A stretch of DNA of 64,000 nucleotides from an uncultured Acidobacteriota bacterium (GCA_963792575.1 CAWBWZ010000010.1:136359-200358), one strand, 5' to 3'. Counted from the first letter of the stretch, positions 19,453-28,680 are shown. The notes: generated by a model not told the origin, from the letters alone. Numbers and translations are program-made.

Positions 19453-20880
19453 ATGAGCGCTCCGCTCCCTCATCGGCTAAACGACCGGCTCACGCCGGCG
19501 GCCGCGTCCCGCATCGTCTGGGCCCTCTTCGCCGCCGGGCTGGCGATCGCCCTCCTGATGCTGGCCCGCAGCCAGGTGGCGGGCGACCAGCTCAACCTGC
19601 TCGCCCGCGGCTGGCTGCTGGCCGCCAAGGGGCACTGGATCTCCTACGGCAACCCACTGTCCACGGGGGGCAAGGCGCCGGGGGGGATCACCAGCCTGCT
19701 CGTCGGCCTGCCGCTCTTCCTCTGGCGGGACCACCGGGCGGCGAGCGCCCTCGTGCTGCTCTTCCATGTCCTCGCCTACCTGATCCTGGACGGCACGCTC
19801 AAGCGCATCCTCTCTCCCCACGAGCGGGTGCTGCTCGCCCTCTTTTACTGGCTGAACCCCTGGCAGCTCTACTTCGCCTCGTTCCTCTGGAACCCGAACT
19901 ATCTCTTCCTGGCCGGGGCGATCCACCTCTGGAGCGCTCTCGTCCAGCGCGATCGGGCGCGCTTCTGGCCCTCCTTCCTGCACGCCGCCGCGCTGGGACT
20001 GGCGTTCCAGATCCACCCGTCCTGCCTGCTGCTGGCGGTCGCCTCCCTCCTGCTCTGGCAGCGCCGGTTCTTCCGGGTGCACTGGACGGGGGGCATCCTC
20101 GGCGGACTGGTCGCGGCGATCCCCCTGATCCCCTGGGCGATCGAGGTCACGACCCATCCCGCCATCGTCACCGAGGCCAGCAAGGGGTTTCTCGGCCGCG
20201 GCCTGATCCTCGTCTTCCCGCTGGCGCGGGGCCTTCTGTACTGGCTGCGCTACGCCTCGCTCTCGGTCGCGGGGAGGATCGGGGACTTCAACTTCTCGGA
20301 CCTTCTCGGCTCCGACCCCTGGCTGGGTCCCGGGCTCACCCGCCTCGGTCAGGGGCTCGGCGTCACCCTCGTCATCCCCTTGCTCGCGAACCTCTATCTC
20401 TGGCGCCGGAGGGAGCGCCGGAAACCGTGGCTCCATTGGCTCTGGCGGCGGAAGCTGTCGCCCGGCACGACCGGCCGCTCGTGGCTCGCGGGGTACGCGC
20501 GGGTCTGCTTCGTCGCGGCGGTGATCGTCTACGCGCTCTCGCCGACGACGGTCATGATGTGGCAGGGGCTGATCCTGCTCCACGCGGCCATCCTGCCGGT
20601 GATCCTCTGGGCGGGCGCGCTCAGCCGGTCCCGCCTGGCGCCGCGGAGCCTGACCGCGACCCGGATCTATGCCGCCGCGGCGATCGTCTTCCTCGTCGCC
20701 ATGGCCCTCGGCAGCTCGCAGTACCGTTGCGGCGGTCACACCGGCAAGGACGGCTTCGGCTTCAATCTCCGCTACGACAGCCCGATGTTCCGCGAGCTGC
20801 GCATCCAGCAGACCTGCCCGTGGCCCGTGAACGTTCCGGGAGGGTGGTGGCCGGATGTGCTGCCGCGGCCCGGGGAGTGA
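19453..20880 (+). CDS. polytopic membrane protein, GT-C-fold glycosyltransferase-like, divergent paralogue-like neighbour
   Basis: MSAPLPHRLNDRLTPAAASRIVWALFAAGLAIALLML starts a protein with many TM helices and a Cys-containing C-terminal tail. Confidence 0.5.
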   Translation: MSAPLPHRLNDRLTPAAASRIVWALFAAGLAIALLMLARSQVAGDQLNLLARGWLLAAKGHWISYGNPLSTGGKAPGGITSLLVGLPLFLWRDHRAASALVLLFHVLAYLILDGTLKRILSPHERVLLALFYWLNPWQLYFASFLWNPNYLFLAGAIHLWSALVQRDRARFWPSFLHAAALGLAFQIHPSCLLLAVASLLLWQRRFFRVHWTGGILGGLVAAIPLIPWAIEVTTHPAIVTEASKGFLGRGLILVFPLARGLLYWLRYASLSVAGRIGDFNFSDLLGSDPWLGPGLTRLGQGLGVTLVIPLLANLYLWRRRERRKPWLHWLWRRKLSPGTTGRSWLAGYARVCFVAAVIVYALSPTTVMMWQGLILLHAAILPVILWAGALSRSRLAPRSLTATRIYAAAAIVFLVAMALGSSQYRCGGHTGKDGFGFNLRYDSPMFRELRIQQTCPWPVNVPGGWWPDVLPRPGE

Positions 20881-20944
20881 AGGGTCTGAAATAAAACGGG
20901 GCCGCCCGCCGGCAGCCCCGTTCACCCCAACGATCCGAACCGCT

Positions 20945-21646
20945 CTACTTCTTCCGCGCCTTGTGGATCTCCCGCTCCTCGAAGACGTACTTGTAAAGCA
21001 CGCCGGCGAGAATGCCGCCGAGGACCGGTCCGATGAGGTAGACCCAGAGGTTGTCGAAGTTGCCGGTCGCGACTGCGGGGCCGATGCTGCGGGCCGGGTT
21101 GAGGCTGGCGCCGGTCAACGGGCCGCCCATCAGGATGCAGAAAACCAGCGTCATGCCGATCGCGAGACCGCCGGGGATCGTCGCCTTGCCGCTGATGCCG
21201 GCGTTCATCACCGCGTTGACCAGAAAGAAGGTGAGGATCGCCTCGAGGACCATGCCGACGAGCGGCGTGATGGTGATCGACGCGCCGTTCACGTTGAGGT
21301 CGCGGGCGAGCTGGGTCAACCCCAGGCCGGTTCCCGTGCCGCCGAGGATCCCGCGCAGAGCGAGCGCGCCGACGATCCCCCCCGCGAGCTGAAAGACGAT
21401 GTACGAGCCGGCGCGCGCGGCGTCGATCTTGCCGGCCGCCCAGACCCCCAGGGTCACCGCCGGGTTGATGTGCGTGCCCGAGATGTGCCCGTAGGAGTAG
21501 GCGAAACCCAGGACGACCAGACCGTGGGCCAGGGCCACCCCGACCAGCCCGCCGATTCCCAGGGCGCCGGCGCCGGCGCCGATGAAGATCAGCGCGAAGG
21601 TGCCGATGAACTCGGCGAGCAGAGACGTCGAGAGCTTGTGATACAT
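20945..21646 (-). CDS. aqpZ: aquaporin Z (MIP family water channel)
   Basis: Two NPA boxes, SGTHINPAVTLG and GASLNPARSIGPA, with the six-TM architecture. Confidence 0.85.
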   Translation of the reverse strand: MYHKLSTSLLAEFIGTFALIFIGAGAGALGIGGLVGVALAHGLVVLGFAYSYGHISGTHINPAVTLGVWAAGKIDAARAGSYIVFQLAGGIVGALALRGILGGTGTGLGLTQLARDLNVNGASITITPLVGMVLEAILTFFLVNAVMNAGISGKATIPGGLAIGMTLVFCILMGGPLTGASLNPARSIGPAVATGNFDNLWVYLIGPVLGGILAGVLYKYVFEEREIHKARKK

Positions 21647-21721
21647 GCAAGACCCCCCTTTGGGATACAGAATGGATGAAGCTGCTGAGCAGAGCTTACC
21701 AGCCTCACGGCTGTTCCGGGA

Positions 21722-22528
21722 TCACTGCCGGCGCTCCTGCATGCGCTTGACGATTCTGGTGGCGAGCGAGCGGGGGGAGATGCGGATCGACTGCACGCCC
21801 ACCTTGTTGAGCAGGCCGGGGATGACGATCCGCTTGCCGGCGCGGAACCCCTCGTAGCCGGCGCGGGCAACGGCGGCGGCGTCCGCCACCTGCATCACCC
21901 CCGAGAAGAGCTTCGACGCCTCCATGCCGGCCCGCCGCTGAAAGCCGGTGGCGGTCGGGCCCGGGCAGAGCACCGAGACGGTGACACCGGTGCCGCTCAG
22001 CTCCTCGGCGAGCGCCTCGGAAAAGGAGATCACGTAGGCCTTGGTGGCGTAGTAGACGGCCATCAGCGGCCCGGGCTGGAAGCCGGCCGTGGAGGCCAGG
22101 TTCAGCACCCCGCCCCGGCGGCGGGCGAGCATGCCGGGGAGGAGCTTCTTGGTGAGGTGGGTGAGAGTGACGACGTTGAGCTGCAGCTCCTCCAGCTCCT
22201 TCTGGAGATCGGTCTCGGCGAACGGCCCGTAGGTCGCGAACCCCGCGTTGTTGACCAGCACGTCGACCGCCACCCCCGCCGCCTCGAGCTCGCGGAAGAC
22301 CTCCTCCGGCGACTCGGGGCGGGCGAGATCCTTCGCCAGCACCCTGACAGCGGCGCCGTGCTTCCGGAGCTCGCCCGCCAGCTCCTCCAGCTTGGTCGTG
22401 CTCCGCGCCACCAGCACCAGGTCATACCCGCCGGCCGCGAACAGCCGCGCCAGCTCCAGCCCGATGCCGCCCGACGCCCCGGTGATCAGGGCCGTCTGAC
22501 GTCCGCCCGCACCCGTTCCGTTCGCCAT
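21722..22528 (-). CDS. SDR-family short-chain dehydrogenase/reductase
   Basis: TGASGGIG Rossmann motif, NNAG, and YxxxK catalytic pair (YYATKAY). Confidence 0.8.
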   Translation of the reverse strand: MANGTGAGGRQTALITGASGGIGLELARLFAAGGYDLVLVARSTTKLEELAGELRKHGAAVRVLAKDLARPESPEEVFRELEAAGVAVDVLVNNAGFATYGPFAETDLQKELEELQLNVVTLTHLTKKLLPGMLARRRGGVLNLASTAGFQPGPLMAVYYATKAYVISFSEALAEELSGTGVTVSVLCPGPTATGFQRRAGMEASKLFSGVMQVADAAAVARAGYEGFRAGKRIVIPGLLNKVGVQSIRISPRSLATRIVKRMQERRQ

Positions 22529-22545
22529 GCGCCGATTCTACATCC

Positions 22546-24036
22546 CTACTTCGCTCCCTTCTCCTCCTTCGGCGGTTCCAGCACGAACGGCGTCATCTGG
22601 ATCTTGCCCACGCAGGAGAGGTCGAGCCCATCGCCGGAGCCCTTCTCGATGAAGCTCACCGTGAGCTGATTCCGGCACGGTTCCTCGCCACCGTGGCTGC
22701 CCCAGGGGATGACGACGCGGCCCGCGTGGGTCATCGCGCGGGTCACCCGCGGTCCGAAGTCGGGGGGCGTCACCGGGTCGCGCTCGCCGTTGATCACCAG
22801 GACCGGGAGGTCCGAGGCGACCGGCTCGCGGTGGCTCGGCTCGATCCGGGCGCGCGGCCAGGCGCCGCAGGCCGCCGTCTGCTGCGCGACCCGGTAGTCG
22901 CCGAGGAACGTGTTGGCCGTGCGCGCCGGTACCTGGGCGGGATCGATGAACGGGATGTCCTCGGCGCAAGTGACGGAGAAGAACAGGCCCATGGTGATCC
23001 CGTCGATGGCGCCGAGGCGCGAGTTGACACTCGCCTGGGCGAGCGGCGCGAAATCGCCGGCGGCCGCCTGGTGGATCATCAGCGGCAGCCAGGAGCTCGG
23101 CCTGGGGGAGTAGAGGGCCCAGCGGACGCCGTCCGCCACGACGTTCCAGGCGACCTTCACCTGCACTGGTTTGCCCGTCCGCGGGTGCTTGACCTCCACC
23201 GTCGCCGGCTCCCGCCGGAGCTGGCTCATCACCGTCTGGAACTCCTGCCGGAATTCCGGGAACTTGCCATGGCAGGCCGCGTCCTTCTCACACCATTCGG
23301 TGAGCAGGTCCAGCGAGCGCTGGCCGGCGGCGGCATGGGTGATGGGGAGCGTCTCGTCCATCGGCACCGCGCCGTCGAGGACCACGGAGCGCACCGACCC
23401 CGGATGGCGCCGCAGATAGACCTGCGCCGCCCGCGTGCCGTAGGAACCGCCCACGACGTTGATCTTGCCGTAGCCCAGCCAGGCCCGCGCCTGGTCGAAG
23501 TCGTCGATCGCCATGTCGGTGGTGTAGAGCGTCAGATCGTGCGTCTTCGCCAGGCGCTCGCGGCATTCGCGGACGGCGGCGACGGGGAACATCTCCCCGA
23601 GATAGCTCTGGAGGTCGTCCTCGTGGCCGCCGAGCTCGCAGGCCAGCTTGTCCGGCTCCCCCGTGCCGCGCTGGTCCACGAAGACGAGGTCGCGGTCGCG
23701 GCGCAGCTCGCTATCCGCGAGATAACCCGCCTCCGCGGCGATCGCCTCGCCCGGGCCGCCGCCGAAGAAAAACACCGGATCCGGCTTCGGCGCCGCCGAC
23801 CTGGCGGGGAGGACGACGACCTTCAGACGGATCTTGCGGCCGGACTTCGCCTCCCGGTTCTCCCAGACCTCGAGGAGGCCGCAGCGGGCGGTGACCTTGT
23901 CCTTCGCTCCCGGCACCTTGCAGGGCTTGAGTTTGGCAGCGTAAGGATGGACAGACGGCTTGGCGCCGGCGGGGAGCGCGACGGCTACGAGGGTCAGGGC
24001 GAGAAGGGCGGGCTTCAGTAACTTCCGAAAGATCAT
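22546..24036 (-). CDS. secreted alpha/beta-hydrolase peptidase (S33/TAP-like tripeptidyl aminopeptidase family)
   Basis: Signal peptide MIFRKLLKPALLALTLVAVALPAGA and nucleophile elbow VVGGSYGT. The 495 aa are typical of TAP-like proline/tripeptidyl peptidases. Confidence 0.7.
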   Translation of the reverse strand: MIFRKLLKPALLALTLVAVALPAGAKPSVHPYAAKLKPCKVPGAKDKVTARCGLLEVWENREAKSGRKIRLKVVVLPARSAAPKPDPVFFFGGGPGEAIAAEAGYLADSELRRDRDLVFVDQRGTGEPDKLACELGGHEDDLQSYLGEMFPVAAVRECRERLAKTHDLTLYTTDMAIDDFDQARAWLGYGKINVVGGSYGTRAAQVYLRRHPGSVRSVVLDGAVPMDETLPITHAAAGQRSLDLLTEWCEKDAACHGKFPEFRQEFQTVMSQLRREPATVEVKHPRTGKPVQVKVAWNVVADGVRWALYSPRPSSWLPLMIHQAAAGDFAPLAQASVNSRLGAIDGITMGLFFSVTCAEDIPFIDPAQVPARTANTFLGDYRVAQQTAACGAWPRARIEPSHREPVASDLPVLVINGERDPVTPPDFGPRVTRAMTHAGRVVIPWGSHGGEEPCRNQLTVSFIEKGSGDGLDLSCVGKIQMTPFVLEPPKEEKGAK

Positions 24037-24110
24037 AGATTTCTCCTGTCGTCTTTTCGATTTACGCAGGATAGCGGAAGGGTGTTTCAGATCCGGATAC
24101 AATCCGCCGC

Positions 24111-25163
24111 ATGGCACTGTTCCGGCGCAAGTTCCGCCTCACCGCCTGCGCGACCACCGGCGGCTGAGCGGCCAAGATAGGTCCGGGGGACCTTTCAACG
24201 ATGATCTCTCCGCTCGTCCGGCTCTTCGGACGGGATGAGAGGATCCTCGTCGGCGCGGAGACCGGCGATGACGCCGGAGTCTACCTCCTCGGCGACCGCG
24301 CCCTGGTCGCCACCGCCGACTTCATCACCCCGGTCTGCGACGATCCACACCGCTTCGGCCGCGTCGCCGCCGCCAACGCCCTCTCGGACGTCTATGCCAT
24401 GGGTGGCCGGCCGCTCTTCGCCCTCAACCTCTGCTGCTTCCCGGAGCTGGACGAGGAGGGGGACAAGGCGCTGGCGGGGGTCCTGCGCGGCGCCGCCGAA
24501 GCCCTGGTGGACGCCGGCGCCGTGCTGCTCGGCGGCCACTCGGTGCGCGACCCCGAGCTGAAGTTCGGCCTGTCCGTCATCGGCGAGGCCGATCCCAAAC
24601 GCCTGCTCACCAACGCCGGAGCGCGGGCGGGGGACCGGCTGCTGCTCACCAAGCCGCTCGGCACCGGCATCCTGATCAATGCCTTCAAGGTCGACAAGAT
24701 CGACGAGGAGGGCCTCGAGCCCGCCCTCCGCGAGATGGAGCGGCTGAACGACGTGGCGAGCCGGCTGGCCCTCGAGCACGGCGCCCACGCCGCCACCGAC
24801 GTCACCGGCTTCGGCCTGACCGGCCACGCGCTGGGCATGGCCAAGGCCTCGCAGGTCGCCGTCCGCTTCATCTTCGAGCAGCTGCCGGTCCACGCGGAGG
24901 TCTACCGGCTGATCAAGGCGGGGGTGACCACCGGCTGCACCGTGGCCAACGAGGAGAACGTGAGCGCCGTCCTCAGCGACTTCGCCAAGCTCGACCGCAT
25001 CCGGCGCGAGGTGCTCTTCGATCCCCAGACCTCGGGGGGGCTCCTCCTCGCCGTGCCCGCCGGGAACGCTCCCGCTCTCCTCGCCGCCCTGCTCGCCAGC
25101 GGCCATCAGGCGGCCGATGTCGGCGAGGTGCTGGAAGGGCCGGCGCGGATCGAAGTGACTTAG
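24111..25163 (+). CDS. selD: selenide, water dikinase (selenophosphate synthetase) containing an in-frame UGA selenocysteine codon at 24165-24167
   Basis: The annotated ORF (24201..) lacks the catalytic N-terminus. Extending in frame to ATG 24111 gives MALFRRKFRLTACATTGG-U-AAKIGPGDLSTMISPLV, which aligns with E. coli SelD HGAGCGCKISPKVL, with the UGA at the Cys17 position. A hairpin GGTCC-GGG-GGACC lies 12 nt downstream. Confidence 0.75.
24165..24191 (+). promoter_or_regulatory. candidate bacterial SECIS element directing Sec insertion in selD
   Basis: UGA followed after 11-12 nt by the stem-loop AGGTCC-GGG-GGACCT with a G-rich apical loop, the position typical of bSECIS. Confidence 0.5.
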
Positions 25164-25177
25164 AAGGTATTTGGAAA

Positions 25178-25362
25178 GTGGCGATTCCGTTTGGCACCCT
25201 CACTGTAGAGACGCCCCGTGGGGCGTCTCCGAGGCGGAGAGGAAGATCCTCATTGCCACAGAGCACCCGCGGGGGCGTCCAAGGGAGCATGGCCGACGTT
25301 CGCTGCCCTGGAGACGCCCCACGGGGCGTCTCTACAGTGGAGGGGCACCCCTTTCCAAACAC
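25178..25362. repeat. MITE-like element: ~50-bp imperfect terminal inverted repeats, including a perfect 27-bp inverted pair, around an ~80-bp core
   Basis: CTGTAGAGACGCCCCGTGGGGCGTCTC (25203-25229) is exactly reverse-complemented at 25311-25337. Flanking TTTGGAAAG...GGCACCC extends the inverted repeat, and each 27-mer is itself palindromic. Confidence 0.45.
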
Positions 25363-25378
25363 CCTCTTAGACGTGCTT

Positions 25379-25447
25379 CTGTAGGGGCGGCCCTATGTGG
25401 CCGCCCTGGGTGCCGGAGCAGGGCGGCCACATAGGGCCGCCCCTACA
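25379..25447. repeat. perfect 29-bp inverted repeat hairpin (11-nt loop) at the convergent selD/yceH junction
   Basis: TGTAGGGGCGGCCCTATGTGGCCGCCCTG ... CAGGGCGGCCACATAGGGCCGCCCCTACA. No U-tract follows. Confidence 0.5.
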
Positions 25448-25455
25448 AGCGCTGC

Positions 25456-26112
25456 CTACACTCCAAGCTGCTTTTTTAATTCCTCCAGCTCCGCCGCCAG
25501 CCGCTCGACGATCTCCTCCAGACGCTGCACCCGCGAGGCGAGGCCCGGCCGTGGGGGCGCGGACGGATCGGCGGCGGCCTCGAAGATCTCCTCGGGCTCC
25601 GGCTCCGGGGACGCCTCTCCCACCAGATGAGTCCAGCGCGCCTCCTTCTGGCCGGGCCGGCGGGGGAGCTCCATCACCAGCGGCTCGTCGTCCGCGGCCA
25701 GGCGGCGGAGCGCCTCCTCGGTCTCCTCCAGCGAGGCGAAGGGGTGAAGGCGCTCGCTGCGGGTGCGCAGCTCGCCCGCCGTCTGCGGACCGCGCAGCAG
25801 CAGGAGCGTGATCAGCGCCTTGCCCGCGCGGTCCAGCCCCCAGCGGCGCACCACGCTCTGCTGCCAGCGCTCCGTGCGCGCCCCCTCCGAGCGCCAGGCG
25901 AGCACCTCCTGCCGCATCCAGTCGAGGGCGGTGACCACCTGGTCCTCGGTGAGCTGCATCACCGGCTCGCGATTGGTCTTCTGGTTGCAGGCGGCGATCA
26001 GGGCATTGATGGTCATCGGCACGGTCTCAGGGTTCGTCTGCTCCTTCTCCAGAAGCGAGCCGAGCACCCGTACCTCCACGGCATCGAGCTTTCTTGGAAT
26101 GCGTGTCGACAT
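25456..26112 (-). CDS. yceH: YceH/DUF480 family protein
   Basis: LDAVEVRVLGSLLEKEQTNPETVPMTINALIAACNQKTNREPVM...LITLLLLRGPQTAGELRTRSERL matches the E. coli YceH pattern. Confidence 0.7.
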   Translation of the reverse strand: MSTRIPRKLDAVEVRVLGSLLEKEQTNPETVPMTINALIAACNQKTNREPVMQLTEDQVVTALDWMRQEVLAWRSEGARTERWQQSVVRRWGLDRAGKALITLLLLRGPQTAGELRTRSERLHPFASLEETEEALRRLAADDEPLVMELPRRPGQKEARWTHLVGEASPEPEPEEIFEAAADPSAPPRPGLASRVQRLEEIVERLAAELEELKKQLGV

Positions 26113-26535
26113 CCCCGGATCTTACCGGATGGCGTCCTCTTGATTTCTGTGTCCGGAGATGCCATAGTCCTTCGAAACACCGAGTGGCACAGAAAAGGTT
26201 GGTAGCGGTTTCAAGAAGATTGCCCTGCCATAGACACATTCCCCCGCAGCAACCGACTCAGGTGCATACCTTGCCAGATACGACGCGGATCGCCCGGACT
26301 CCAAAGTAGCGAGAGGATTCAGCAAACCCGGACAGCGAACCGAGCGCAACACGCTCCCGAAGCGCACTCCTTGCAGCCATGCAACGCCAGATCCCATCGG
26401 GGTCATCCGTAGAGGAGAGAGCCGGCCGGAGTTTCTCGATTGAAGCCAATGATTTGGCCCCCTTGTGGGGTGGAGGATGCCGTCTAAACCGCGGCAAGAA
26501 CAACAACCCTGTTTCATGTTGCAAGGAGCAAACGT

Positions 26536-26742
26536 ATGTCTGAGCAAGGTACCGTGAAGTGGTTCAACGACGCCAAGGGTTATGGTTTCATCGTGCGGGA
26601 GCGCGGCGCGGACGTCTTCGTCCACCACGCCTCGATCATCGCCGAGGGATTCCGCACCCTTGCCGAAGGCGATCGCGTCAGCTTCGACGTGGTCGAGGGC
26701 CCGAAGGGTCTGCAGGCCAAGAACGTCGTCAAAATCTCCTGA
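26536..26742 (+). CDS. cspA: cold-shock protein (CspA family)
   Basis: [19 protein letters not shown]...VFVHHSAI carries the RNP1/RNP2 motifs. It is preceded by a ~410-nt leader. Confidence 0.9.
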   Translation: MSEQGTVKWFNDAKGYGFIVRERGADVFVHHASIIAEGFRTLAEGDRVSFDVVEGPKGLQAKNVVKIS

Positions 26743-26764
26743 GCCGCTTCCCGTCTCGATAGCC

Positions 26765-26815
26765 ACGCCCTGCCGGTCCCGCCGGTGGGGCGTTGTCGTG
26801 TTTGTTACAATCCCC
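26765..26815 (+). terminator. probable intrinsic terminator after cspA
   Basis: Imperfect stem ACGCCCTGCCGG-TCCCG-CCGGTGGGGCGT is followed by TGTCGTGTTTGTT. Confidence 0.45.
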
Positions 26816-26820
26816 GTCTG

Positions 26821-27807
26821 ATGATCGAGATCGGCCCCCTCCGCATCGACCCGCCGCTCTGGCTCGCGCCCATGGCCGGGGTGACCGACCGCGACTTCCG
26901 CCTGATCGTGCGGCGGATCGGCGGCATCGGCGTGGTGACGATGGAGTTCATCTCCTCCAAGGCGATCGTCAGCGGCAACAAGCGGACGCGCGAGATGATG
27001 CACTTCAGCGCCGAGGAGCGGCCGCTCTCCATCCAGATCTACGGCTCCGACGTGGCCACCATGCGCGAGGCCGCCCTGGTCGTCGAGGAGCTCGGGGCCG
27101 ACATCTGCGACATCAACATGGGGTGCCCGGCCAACAAGGTGCTCAAGGGGTGCGCGGGCGCCGCCCTGATGGGGGACCTCAAGCTCGCCGAGTCGATCGT
27201 CCGCACCGTGCGCGACGCCATCACGATCCCGCTGACCGTCAAGTTCCGGCTCGGCCTCGACGACTGCCGCCGCAACTACCTCGAGCTGGGAAAGATCTGC
27301 GAGGCCAACGGCGTCGCCGCCGTCGCGATGCACGCCCGCACCGCCCGCCAGATGTTCGCCGGCGAGGCCGACTGGAGCCATCTCGCCCGGCTCAAGGAGA
27401 CCCTCGCGATCCCGGTGATCGGCAACGGCGACATCAAGGAGCCTGAGGACGCTCTGCGCATGCTGGCCGAGACCGGCTGCGACGGCGTCATGGTCGGCCG
27501 CGGCGCCACCCGCAATCCCTGGATCTTCCGGCAGATCGCGGCCCGCCTGGAAGGGAGCCAGATGGGCGAGGCGACCCTCGCCGACCGCCGCGACCTGATC
27601 CTCGAGCACTTCCGCATGGTGGCCGAGCGGGAAGACTCCCTGTTCGCCCTGCACAAGCTGCGGAAGTTCACCGGCTGGTACACCCACGGCCTGCCCAATG
27701 GCCGCAAGCTGCGCCAGGCGATCAACCAGATCCCCGACGTCCCGACCTTCCTCGCCACGGTCGAGGCGTTCCTCGGCGAGATCCTCGTCGAGGAAGCCGC
27801 GGCCTGA
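26821..27807 (+). CDS. dus: tRNA-dihydrouridine synthase (DusB-like)
   Basis: LWLAPMAGVTDRDFRLI...CDINMGCPANKV...KFRLG is the Dus family signature. The start ATG 26821 (MIEIGPL) aligns with Dus N-termini. Confidence 0.85.
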   Translation: MIEIGPLRIDPPLWLAPMAGVTDRDFRLIVRRIGGIGVVTMEFISSKAIVSGNKRTREMMHFSAEERPLSIQIYGSDVATMREAALVVEELGADICDINMGCPANKVLKGCAGAALMGDLKLAESIVRTVRDAITIPLTVKFRLGLDDCRRNYLELGKICEANGVAAVAMHARTARQMFAGEADWSHLARLKETLAIPVIGNGDIKEPEDALRMLAETGCDGVMVGRGATRNPWIFRQIAARLEGSQMGEATLADRRDLILEHFRMVAEREDSLFALHKLRKFTGWYTHGLPNGRKLRQAINQIPDVPTFLATVEAFLGEILVEEAAA

Positions 27808-27808
27808 C

Positions 27809-28264
27809 ATGGCGGTGGTGGAGCACTCGATCGGCATGGACGTCCCTCCGGCGGGGGCCCTCGCGGCTCTCCGGCGGACGGCCGAGGATCTGGGGGCCGA
27901 GTTCCAGGCGGACGGAACCGGCGGCAAGCTCCACCTTCCCGTGCTGGCGGGGCTCCGCAGGGGGCTCGTCAGCGGCGACGTCGAGATCCTGCCGGCTCCC
28001 GGGGGCTCCCGGCTGGTCTTCCGGCCGGAGACGGCGGTCTACCACGTTCAGACCCAGGCCGTGATGATCCTCCTCTTCGCCACCGCGGGCGCCCTGCTCA
28101 CCGTCCTCTGGCCCTTCTTCCCGGGGCTGCTGCAGGTGGCCCCGTTCGGCGCCCTGATCGCCCTCGGCGGCTGGTTCCTGGTGATCTCGCGCCTGCGCAC
28201 CAGCGGCCCGGACGAGTTCCTGAAAGCCGTCGCGGCGCGGGAAGACGCCCCCGAAGCTCCTTGA
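27809..28264 (+). CDS. hypothetical small membrane protein (two C-terminal TM helices)
   Basis: ATG follows the dus stop by 1 nt. The product is MAVVEHSIGMDVPP...VMILLFATAGALLTVLWPFFPGLLQVAPFGALIALGGWFLVISRL. No recognisable domain was found. Confidence 0.4.
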   Translation: MAVVEHSIGMDVPPAGALAALRRTAEDLGAEFQADGTGGKLHLPVLAGLRRGLVSGDVEILPAPGGSRLVFRPETAVYHVQTQAVMILLFATAGALLTVLWPFFPGLLQVAPFGALIALGGWFLVISRLRTSGPDEFLKAVAAREDAPEAP

Positions 28265-28680
28265 GACGTCACGCCACAAGCTTGCGGCGCCTCGGCCAGG
28301 CCTGAGCCGTGACGCACTGAGCCTGTGGCGCTTCGGGGCAAGCCTGAGGCGGTCCTCGCCAAGGATTCCGCGCCTCGCATCAGGGTTTCAGCGCCACATC
28401 CAGGCTTGGGACGAGAGGGAGGAAGCTCCCGCCGTCACGTTCAAGCCTGGGGCTCTCCACTGCGAGCCTGGAACGTCCCGAGCCAGGCTTGCGGTGACTC
28501 GGCTGAGCCTGCCTGGGAGGCAGAGCGAGCTTGGGACGGCCCGCGCCACGCTTGGTTGGAGCCAGCCAGGGTCGCGACGTCTCGCCGCAGACCCGGCGGC
28601 GGGCGGTCAGGCCTGGCCGTGCCCGCCTAAGCTCGCGGAGAGGCGTCTCAAGGGATCGGCATGACGCCACAAGCTCGACC
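28265..28680. repeat. degenerate AGCCTGG/CCAGGCT-type repeat tract (~14 copies) bounded by a 13-bp direct repeat ACGCCACAAGCT(T/C)
   Basis: Motifs AAGCCTGAGG, CAGGCTTGGG, AAGCCTGGGG, GAGCCTGGAA, CAGGCTTGCGG, GAGCCTGCCTGGG and GAGCTTGGG recur every 20-40 bp. The flanking direct repeats lie at 28269-28283 and 28663-28676. Confidence 0.4.

Noticed and set aside
16805-19456. 883-aa plus-strand ORF and other very long ORFs (for example 1793..3271, 10428..11861, 12026..13297, 22693..24021, 26122..27927, 36355..37650, 37748..39403, 46628..48616, 54307..55797)
   Set aside because: They are antisense or alternative-frame shadow ORFs typical of high-GC DNA. Their translations are Arg/Pro/Gly-rich with no domain signatures, and each overlaps a well-supported gene on the other strand or frame.
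28325-28630. 101-aa ORF with RAW/QAW/PAW/HAW repeats
   Set aside because: Its periodicity simply mirrors the AGCCTGG DNA repeat. It has no start context and was treated as non-coding.
28265-28680. CRISPR array
   Set aside because: Repeats are short, degenerate, in both orientations and irregularly spaced. There are no cas genes.
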